Source: Macrostomum lignano
Taxonomy: Eukaryota
Direction of reading: 5' to 3'
Assembly (NCBI GenBank): GCA_002269645.1
Contig: NIVC01002447.1
Span: 147,447 to 211,446 of the forward strand
Length of the DNA: 64,000 bases
The position numbers were made by a program, and so were the translations under genes. Positions 49,001 through 58,100 of this stretch are shown piece after piece. Under the pieces are notes generated by a model. That model was not told the origin of the DNA, made no database searches, and saw nothing but the letters and a program-made list of their open reading frames with translations. How positions within the stretch are numbered: the stretch's first letter is position 1; the number at the start of each line of letters is the position of its first letter.

Positions 49001-49552
49001 TACTGGCAGTTGCTTATCCTTTGCAACCAGCACTAGTGCCGTAGGCATCATGATTTGATGTTTTGCCGTGACTCTCCTGTGTGGATCAAATATCATTGCT
49101 TCATCTGCCGCGCTGGTCGTTTTCGCTCTGACCCAGCATGCGCTTTCAGGCTGGATAATGACATCTTGCTGCAGAGTTACTTTCGGTAGTACTCGAATCT
49201 GGTTGATCAGCGGTTGCTCCACCGTGTCGATCCTAAACGTTTGCTTGTTGAAGTCGAAGGTCAATGGTAGTTGAAGCTGCTTGAACGTGTCGATTCCAAC
49301 GATGACGTCTTGGTTTGGTAGTCTGTCGATGATGTACGTCGGGACCGTCAGCTGTTTATTAGCAATTTTCAAGTCGATATCTGCTTTTCCTAGGATGTTG
49401 AGTGAATGTCCTCCTGCTCCTGCAACTGCGATTGCTGCTGGTCGTACCGCGAGTCGTAGCTTGTTGCATAATTGTTGCGAGATGACTGTGATCGAGCTGC
49501 CTGAATCCAGTAGTGCTCGACATGGCAAGTTGTTGACAATGACCTGAGCCAT
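46048..49552 (-). CDS. pol: pol, copy 2, with single-base indels near 48285, 47825, 47320 and 46225; frame open upstream to 49792
   Basis: Same domains as copy 1; breaks lie at different positions from copy 1. Confidence 0.95.
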
Positions 49553-49737
49553 TGCTTTGCCAATCTCGGCGTGTAGCGTACAGACGTAGTTTTCCGGCCA
49601 TTTTGGCTCGTGCTGTTCTGCTTGATAGTTGGGTGGTTGTATCCTTGGTGCCGTTGGTGTTGTCGGAATCGATGGATATAGCCGCGTTGCTAGTGTCGGT
49701 TGCCCTTGAACCTCACAATGTGCAGTTTCTGTTAGTT

Positions 49738-52700
49738 CTAAACTGTTGTCGCTTCCGTTGTCGTTCTTTGCATTATGGCATTCACTGTCTTCTTAGCTCT
49801 TGGACAAGTTTGACTGAAGCACCGTACGATCGATGAAATGATGAAGATTGCCGTGACAATCCACACAATGCAAGCACCGTAGAAGATGAATCCTTGATAG
49901 AGACTGCCTCTTCCATTGAGCAGCTCCCAGAAGCTATTTGTCCAAAATGATTTGATGGCGCTGTCCATTGAAACAAGGACGGGAAATCTTCCTGTCCCGG
50001 TTCCTTTGTCCTTTCTTGTGAACAGCTGGTGAATCATCTTGCGTTGGGTGATGAACGCTTGCAAGAAGTCGTTGATCGTCCATCCTGGTGTTATCTCGTC
50101 AAGTTGGATATCGGCGAATGGCGTATACTTCGTTCTGTTGAATCGGATTTTCAAATCCTCCATGTCGTAGTTTTCGTCGACGATTACTTCCGGTTCTGTG
50201 ACGTTTGCTGTCGTTCCAGTTGTTTTGATGACGTGTAGTGCATTGTCCAGTTGATAGTAGTTTGCTGCCGTGGTGCAAGGTCTCGGTATTGCGGTGCCAA
50301 CGATGATGTTGTGTACCGTGTCCAAGAATCCCTGAATTCGTTTTCCTTCGTAGAACGCTTCAATCCTTGGCTTGTCGTAGCAGGTTGTTGACGTGTTCGA
50401 CGGCAAGATGTTAAAGTGCTGTATCGGCGTGCACTTGTATATTAACAGATGCTCGTATATTGGAACTGCCAAAACGTTCGTCATTCCGGTGATTTTACGA
50501 AAAGTCATCGTAGGGTTGACATAGTAGTTTTGTCTGGCATAATTTAAGTTGATTGCGTGCATTTTGCAAGTTAGCTGGACCAGTGTTCGATGCAAGTGGT
50601 TTAACTGGTTGTGTAGATTGTGATCCAAAGCCGTTATCTTTGCTGACAGTAGTCGGTTTGACACCAGTTTGGGACGTTCGATGTCACGTCGTCGTCTGTT
50701 CTGTTGTTCCTGCTGTTGATACGTTCCGTTGATGATCGCCAGAAAGGTTTGTTTGTCGTCATCTTTTACGTAGACTGGTATCTCTTGTTCCGAGATGAAT
50801 AGTGTCTTGTCTGTATCCTTGCATTTCAGTTTTTGCTCGACTGGTTTCTTTTGAAACGTCAGTGCCAAGTCTCCTGACTTTGCCAAAAACGTATTTGACA
50901 GTAGTCCTCCTTCAACTGTGTGATACTTTTGAAGCTTGCAGTCAATTTCCGGCTCAACTTCCCACGCGAAGAAGTATTGTCGTGACTTAGATGGTTCTTC
51001 ATATCGTGAGTCGCCTCTGCGTATAATTTGCCATCGATAGTCTTGATGATATGTTGGACTCAACGGTAAGCTGTATAGTTCCTCATTCCGCAGTATCGGC
51101 GTTGGACACCATCCTTTGCTGTATCGGCAGTCGCTTAATTGCAGTTGTAGCGACTCCATTTTTTCAAAAGGATTGTGATAGAATGGAATATTCCTGATTA
51201 GGTAACTGTTTCGTGTCATGTAGTTAGTCCATGCTTCCGAAAAGTGTACATATCGTCCGTTTGCTGAGTTCTTCGTTCGGTAAAGTTGTGCCTCCCCCAC
51301 TTTCTCATCCGGTTCTAGCTGACCATCCTTTGAGAACAGTGTTTGGTTCCATTGTAGACATTCAGCGTGCGACACATGTAGTTCGTGTTGCCAAAATCGA
51401 ATTCTGTTCCACTGTCCTCGCCAAACTTTTTCCACTAGGTGCTTGTCTCTAAAGCACACTATTCCGAGTTGTCGATGCTTCTTGATGTTAGCTTTGTAGA
51501 GATCAATTGTGATCTTCTTTGGCTTCGTCTGGTTTGTCTTGAAGTAGCTGCATTTGATGTCGGTTGGTATCTTGTAGATCATTGGTTGGATATGCGCATC
51601 CGTTGGACATATCATTGGTTTCTCCATTGCCGTTGCTTTGGCGACTACTGCTATCAGTAGTATCACGATGATCCAGAGCAGCCAGTTTTTCCACTTCTTG
51701 GACCTTGCCGTTGTCTTTGCTGGCATTGGCTGCGATTGCCATTCGTTATCCTCCATGTCCGCATCGTATTCTTTCGGTTGTTCCATTGGCTGATTCAGGC
51801 GGAAGGCTTCTGATTTGCTTTGCTCTTTGGTTATTTCAGTATCTTCGTCTGTAGCTTCTTCCGATGTTTCCGTTGTTTCACTCCATTGCGTTTGGTATCT
51901 TTTCTCTGCCTTGTAGTCGACCGTTTGAATATAGGCTTCACCATTTCGTTTGTATCGGATCTCGTAGCATTCGTCGCTGTCGGAACTCGGCTTTTCTTTC
52001 ATTTGTTCTTTTTCCATTTCTTCATCTTTCCATTGTATTTCGTAGCCTTGATCGCTGTCGGAACTTAGATTTTCCGCTCTCAGTTCTTCCTGCATTCCTT
52101 CTTCGGCTCGGTATCCATTCGTATCATCATGCACTTCGCAGTCGTGATCGTTGCCGTAACTTATACATTCTTCTTCTTCCTTCATTTCTTTGTCTTTCGT
52201 GCTTGTTTTTTCGTCATCCACTGTTGTCGATTCATAGTTGTTTTCTCTGCCAGTCTTCATCTTTTCTTCGTTGCCGGTGTCGCTCTCCGTCTCCTCCCTT
52301 TTTTTGTGATTTACTTTCTTCCTGTTTTCTCTGCTGTCTCCGGTGGTCTCTTTTAATTTGATCATTTCGGTTTCATTCGCCTCTTCTGTGTTGTCAGTGT
52401 TGTCCTCGTGCGTCGTCTTCTTTTCGATCAAGCTGATGTCAAGTTCCGGGACTGTGAAGTCCATTTCCAAGTCGTCAATTGTGAACACTTGCTGTTCCTG
52501 CTGCTCATTTTCCGGTGTGTACGTGATGGCATTCGCGTATCGTGGCATTGCTTGCGTTGGCTGTCTTTGTGCGTACCTGGCATTGCGTGGCCTGTAGCCA
52601 TTATTTCTGAAGCGGCCTTCGTTTCCGAAGCGGCCATCATTTCCGGAGCGGTCATTATTTCCGAAGCGTCTATCATTTCCGACGCGTCTTATGCTTTGTT

Positions 52701-53538
52701 GTTGGCGATTTTGATATTGCTGCCATGGTTTCTGCGGCTTCTGATTGTTGAATATCTGTCGCGGCTTGTCGTATCTTGTTGACCAATGAGGACAATTAAT
52801 CTGATAATGTCCTTCTTGTCCGCAGTAGTAACATCTGGCTGAGGCTTGTTCATTTCGTCTTTTTTGTTCGGCGATAGCAGCTGTCTGGTGCTGCATTAAC
52901 TTGTTTAGTTGCTGCGTCAGTTTCTGCACTTCATTGTTGCCTGTCGTCATTAATGGGGCACTGGCTTCCCACTGCATTCCGCACCGCAAAAGGTCTTCTT
53001 CGGTTTCGATATTTTCACGCAAAAGTCTATCCCGAAGTGACGGCTGTGCGTTGTTTATTACGTGCAGGATGAGGTTTTGTTCGCGATCCATCAATCGTTG
53101 TCTTTCTCTGGCGGCCAATTCTGCCGCTCCCAGTGGTGGTTGGTCCGCAGCTTGCAGCGGTGGCTGATGCAGTGCCTTAATTATCTGGCGGATATCGTCC
53201 ACAAAGGCGAGGAAGGATTCTGTTGCTTGCATCCTTCTGTTATGCAACTTGTGCAGCAGCACTGATCTGTTTGTGCCGCAACGGTTGAAATGCGCGCGCA
53301 GTTGAATGATTAGTGCTGGATAATTTTGCTGTGTTGCTGCATCCAGCTTGCCGTAAATTTCTCGCGCAGTACCTTGGAGAAGAGGTGGCAGCAGCTGTGC
53401 CTTCTCTGGATTTTGTAGGTTGTATTCCCTACATACCAGGTCAAAGTGGTCGACAAATGTGTTAAAATCTTTCTCCATCGAGAAGGTACCGACCGTTTCT
53501 TTGATGTCTCTGTGTACCGTTGGATTGCGCCGCGCCAT
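49738..53538 (-). CDS. Gag-Env polyprotein, 1266 aa (copy 2)
   Basis: Single ORF: capsid, CCHC, GNDxRF repeats, acidic linker, internal signal peptide, gB-like ectodomain, TM. Confidence 0.85.
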   Translation of the reverse strand: MARRNPTVHRDIKETVGTFSMEKDFNTFVDHFDLVCREYNLQNPEKAQLLPPLLQGTAREIYGKLDAATQQNYPALIIQLRAHFNRCGTNRSVLLHKLHNRRMQATESFLAFVDDIRQIIKALHQPPLQAADQPPLGAAELAARERQRLMDREQNLILHVINNAQPSLRDRLLRENIETEEDLLRCGMQWEASAPLMTTGNNEVQKLTQQLNKLMQHQTAAIAEQKRRNEQASARCYYCGQEGHYQINCPHWSTRYDKPRQIFNNQKPQKPWQQYQNRQQQSIRRVGNDRRFGNNDRSGNDGRFGNEGRFRNNGYRPRNARYAQRQPTQAMPRYANAITYTPENEQQEQQVFTIDDLEMDFTVPELDISLIEKKTTHEDNTDNTEEANETEMIKLKETTGDSRENRKKVNHKKREETESDTGNEEKMKTGRENNYESTTVDDEKTSTKDKEMKEEEECISYGNDHDCEVHDDTNGYRAEEGMQEELRAENLSSDSDQGYEIQWKDEEMEKEQMKEKPSSDSDECYEIRYKRNGEAYIQTVDYKAEKRYQTQWSETTETSEEATDEDTEITKEQSKSEAFRLNQPMEQPKEYDADMEDNEWQSQPMPAKTTARSKKWKNWLLWIIVILLIAVVAKATAMEKPMICPTDAHIQPMIYKIPTDIKCSYFKTNQTKPKKITIDLYKANIKKHRQLGIVCFRDKHLVEKVWRGQWNRIRFWQHELHVSHAECLQWNQTLFSKDGQLEPDEKVGEAQLYRTKNSANGRYVHFSEAWTNYMTRNSYLIRNIPFYHNPFEKMESLQLQLSDCRYSKGWCPTPILRNEELYSLPLSPTYHQDYRWQIIRRGDSRYEEPSKSRQYFFAWEVEPEIDCKLQKYHTVEGGLLSNTFLAKSGDLALTFQKKPVEQKLKCKDTDKTLFISEQEIPVYVKDDDKQTFLAIINGTYQQQEQQNRRRRDIERPKLVSNRLLSAKITALDHNLHNQLNHLHRTLVQLTCKMHAINLNYARQNYYVNPTMTFRKITGMTNVLAVPIYEHLLIYKCTPIQHFNILPSNTSTTCYDKPRIEAFYEGKRIQGFLDTVHNIIVGTAIPRPCTTAANYYQLDNALHVIKTTGTTANVTEPEVIVDENYDMEDLKIRFNRTKYTPFADIQLDEITPGWTINDFLQAFITQRKMIHQLFTRKDKGTGTGRFPVLVSMDSAIKSFWTNSFWELLNGRGSLYQGFIFYGACIVWIVTAIFIISSIVRCFSQTCPRAKKTVNAIMQRTTTEATTV

Positions 53539-54247
53539 GTTGTTGATAGGATAGAACGGTAGTTCAAGATCTGGATCGATTTGTAACGGATCGTCCAGTG
53601 TGGTGTTTGCCTCGGAATAAACCTCGACTGTAACGAATTGTCTTGTGGTGTCGATTTGTTATTCGCTGGCCTCGGATGCGGTGTGGCTTGCTGCCACTGG
53701 TTGTCCTCAAATGAACTTGTTCTGTTCGCTTGCTGATTTCGCACTTATGCGGCGTCCCGCAAAGTGTATCTTCAAGTTGAAGTGGGCTTTGTCTTCTTGT
53801 TTTGCAAAGTCTTTTTCTCTTCTTTGACTCTCTCTCTTTTGTCAATTAACTCCGCTCTCCACGAAGTTTCAATTAATTTCGGTTTTGTTTTTGTGCCGGC
53901 AAAATGTTTCAGTTATTTTTTGTTTGTTTTGCGTCGACGATTCTTTTATTTTCGGTTTGTTTTCAGTGTACCGATGAATTTAATTTCGGTTTTATTTTAA
54001 CTCACACTTGCTCGAGCTCGTTAAAACAAAATTTAACACGCGTGCTCAAACTGTACTCAAATTTGACAGGTGCTCAAACCTGTACACCAAAATTTTACTC
54101 GAGTTTCAAAACGTAACGGACTTAAAAAGTGTTAACTCTAACACGTGCGCGCAAAATTAATGAAGTCGCTCTGTCGTCACTTTACAATAGCTTGATCAGG
54201 GCTATTGCTCAAAGTTTGAGTAGTGCCGAGAGGGCGAGATCACCAAT

Positions 54248-55103
54248 TGATGTGTTCCTTATTACCCGACTTTCGATAATCAAGGAACAATCACTTCTAG
54301 CTCAGCAGCTAGGCAACCCAGTAAGTCAACAGAAGGTATTCAATTACCTTGAGTCCTTTGGAGATCTCTCGGAGTAGTTCTCGATTGTCTTCAGTTGCTC
54401 TCGTATAGTCACTTCTGACTTTCGTTTGTAGAGCGGGTCCGATTCTTCTTTCTTCTTCAAATAGTTCCGGCCGGATTCTGTCGCTCGGACCAATGGGAAG
54501 CTTCCGAATTAACAGTGGGATCCCTGCGCCAAACTGCGGTCTAAATTAAGCCTCCTTCTTCTAGCAGTGCCTCTATGCACTCTAGGTATAGCTCCGGAAA
54601 CCACTGATAGTCCTCTAAGATCTATCAGGGGCAGTCCTTCTGTAGACTGCAACCAATGGAGTCTAAACAGACTCAAGAGTCTCAACAGACTCAAATAGAC
54701 TCAAGTCTCAATAGACTTGAGCGAGACGTCTCTAACACAACGGCGCAAATAAGGAAGGCTTACCGCAACAACTCGACCGAGTCTCGATTGACTTGGTATA
54801 TCAGGAAGTCCTCCTAAGGCTTCCTCTTCGGAGCGCTCCTCTTCCGTGGGGAGAATGGCTCCGGTACCGCTTCAGATCGCTTGTATTTATAGACAAGTTT
54901 TTGATCCAAAATAGTATCATGACAATTCACGTGTTGCGCTAAAAGGGGAAAATGGCTCATGGCGTATTATTCTGGTAACATCTTTTTCTGGTAGCGTGAT
55001 TCATTCAAAGCTTAGGCGCACATGCGTGTACTTACTTACTTATAGTAGTATTATACGATTATCTTCTTTTTTCCTTTTTTAACGGGAGGTAGAACACTCT
55101 ACA
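54248..55103 (-). repeat. LTR3 (5' LTR, 856 bp)
   Basis: Essentially identical to LTR2. Confidence 0.95.
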
Positions 55104-55155
55104 AGGGGTAACAGAAGAAAATGGATTTACGAAAAAATTATTTTTACACTCTTAG

Positions 55156-58100
55156 GGGACTTTGATAAGGTCGACGGCAGCAAGATCTGGGACAATGCCG
55201 CTGAGATAGCGCTGAAGCGGTTGAACATCCCTCCAGGCGTGTTCAAACCTGAGAACTGCTCAATCGTCACTTCGGCCGCGGTGTCAAGAAAGAACTGTCC
55301 GCATTTCACTGTGCCTCCGCATCTTCCTGAGGGCGCCAAGTGCAGAATTAGCGACGACTGTCTGGAAATGGATTGCTGTGTCGACCTGCAGCTGCTATCG
55401 TTTAAAAAGCAATTCCACGTCTGGCTCGAGATCGACCCGTGCGGTCTGCGGTTCGAAACTGGCTTTGAAAACTGGAAGTTCAACATTAGTCTTCTTAATC
55501 ATATCGGTGAGACTATTCATATGACGATTTGCGACAGAACTGTGTGCTCAAAAAGGCTTAAACCAACTGTCTAAAAATTCATAGGTCGCAGCTACAAGGA
55601 GAAGATTGGCAACTCGCTGTCAGTCAATTTCGAATATGGCCGAGCATCCGACGGTCAGCTGTTGGCCACGCTGTCAGTAGAGTTTTGCTACGACTTCCAG
55701 TGTACATTCGACATCAAGCTGCTTGATATGGCAGTGATACCCATTCCAGCCTGCGGAGCATCAGGACTCGTGTGGCCTGAATGTGAGCCGTATTGTAGTT
55801 CCTTTGTACTTTGAAGCTATTACTTATCAGGAATTTGATAATAACTGAATTTGTAATTTCAGTAAACGCGGCCGGTCATGCCAAATCTGTCGAAGAGGCC
55901 ACAAGAGGTCTTATCGCTAACCGGCTGAAGCTGTCCCCGAACTTCCTGGCGGATCGTCAATGCGTAGTGAACGAAATTTTGAGCAGAAATGTGACTTGCT
56001 CACACGCCAATGTGCCTGCCTTGCCAGAATTCACAACTTGTGGCCTGGCACCCGGCTGCCTAGGAGTTGAGTGCTGCCAGCTAGTGGACTACAAGCTGCT
56101 CAATAGGAGCTTCTCCACCTGGATTCAGTTCGATCCTTGTACCTACACGTATTCAGTTGGCTTTGAGCGCTGGTATCTGAATGGCACTCTCATGAATTTT
56201 ACTGGATGGAATGAAGAGCAGCAGCAGAAGATCGGCGACCAGCTCACCCTGCGATTCAAGGTGGCAAAAGCGCAACAACTGCAAAGCTTCATAGTAGGCA
56301 TGTCGCTTGAGTACTGCGATGCCAACGATTGCAATCGAGTAGCGAATATTCTTCACGATCAGGAGTTCCCGGTTCCCGTCTGTTTGGACGGCTCCAGGCT
56401 TGAATGGTCGAATGTTGACCGCGGAGTCAGCGGCATCGTGGCGACTCAGCTCGGAATGGACATCGGCCTGCTTAGAGAGCGACAGTGCCAGAAGTCCGAC
56501 CTTGGACAAGCCAGTGTCCAGTGCCCGCACGTGTCTGCGCCCGACTCGCGTGAGGTCAGCTGCTCTGCCATCGGCATTTGCACCGGCCTTGACTGCTGCT
56601 CACTGGTCAACTTGAAGGTCGCCGAAGTGGCATTTAAAACTTCTATCGATGTGAACCCGTGCACGTACGAACTGGCGCTTACGTTTGAGAAGTGGTCCTT
56701 CAATCGATCTTTGCTGGGATTCGAATGGGCCAGAAAGACAGAGCACTCCATCGGGGAGAATGTAAAACTGGTGTACACACTCGGCCTAGCCAATGAGATG
56801 AAGGACCTCATTTTTAATCTGGAGCTTTGGGTTTGCCCGCTCAAAACAGCTTGCTATAGTGTTCCAGTGTTGACAGACTTGCACCTGTCCATTACGGCCT
56901 GCATTAACGGAACGTTGATCTGGCCTGGAGGTAAAAAATTAATTAGAGTCTGACTGGTTTCTGGCTTCATGTAATAAAATTTTATGCATACTAATCTGAA
57001 ATTTTAGTACCGTCGCCCAACCAAGTCGACACGGTGAGCGGTTTGATAGTAAACCGGCTGAAAATCGAACCGGCCACTCTCATGGACAGGCAGTGCTACA
57101 ACTCCTCTCTCGTGATTCCCGATAAGTCACAGTGCCCGTTTGGAGACAAAGTCAATGTTCAGGCTGCAGATCCCAGATCAATGTGCGTCCTGCAGTCAAG
57201 CTGTGTCGGAGCTGTGTGCTGCCAGAACATGGACCTCATGGTAGTGTCCCGATCGTTCCATATCAGCGTTTTTATCGACGTTTGCCAGTTTGAATTTACA
57301 ATCACCTTTGAAAAGTGGCACGTCACCGCTTCGTTTCTAACTCTAGAGTTCGGTAAGGTTATCTTTGTTTGTGTCAAGTAACTGAATTGTGAATTATTTA
57401 AACAAAAAATACTTTGAATTATTACCAATGCAGACAAACCGCACGAAGTCGCCGTGTCTCCAACTTTGAAGCTGTACTACGAGGTAAACAGCCACTTCTC
57501 CGGCAGCGGCGCCCTGATATCTGCCGGCTACATTCTGTGTCTCGAAGAAGGCGAAGCTTGCCAAGCACCAATGCCAGTAATGCAGCCTACTTTCTTCTAC
57601 CTACCGATCTGCGACAGTGGCAAACTCATCTGGCCTCCTGTGGACAATCCGGACGACCTTAACAAGGTGCCGAGCACTCTGATCCTTAATAGACTGGGAC
57701 TTCAGTTCGATGACATGTACACCCAGCAGTGCGAGGTGGACTATCTGCAAAAATCTATTTGGGAATCTTGGTGTCGAGATCACGTCAGAAATGAGACGGA
57801 CACCGCTGATCTGCGCTGCACACCAACCAAGTCTTGTACAGGCATGGAGTGCTGCTACACAATAGATCTTAAGATAACAAAGCATAGCTTCAAGCTTTGG
57901 ATGTTCGTTGAGCCGTGTACTCTGCAACTGTCGCTGGGATTCGAGCGGTGGAGCATGAACAAGACGCTGTTGGGATACAATTTCGAGACTAAGCACACAG
58001 AACAAGTAGGCAGAGCAGTGCAGTTGGAGTATCAACTGCAGCTTGCCTCCGACTACAAAGAGTTTGTTATGTCCTTGGATTTGCTGATCGGTGTAGGAAG

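Larger units (their letters stand above)
34779..55103 (-). mobile_element. Tandem pair of env-bearing Ty3/gypsy LTR retrotransposons (LTR-internal-LTR-internal-LTR), unit ~9.73 kb
   Basis: Three LTRs TGTAGAG...ACATCA (minus strand), a PBS and PPT for each unit, gag with CCHC, pol in PR-RT-RH-IN order, two near-identical internal regions. Confidence 0.95.

Noticed and set aside
49738-49795. Programmed -1 frameshift or stop readthrough from env into pol
   Set aside because: No X-XXY-YYZ heptamer in the 55-nt overlap; TAG is followed by AAC TAA in frame; not excluded but unsupported
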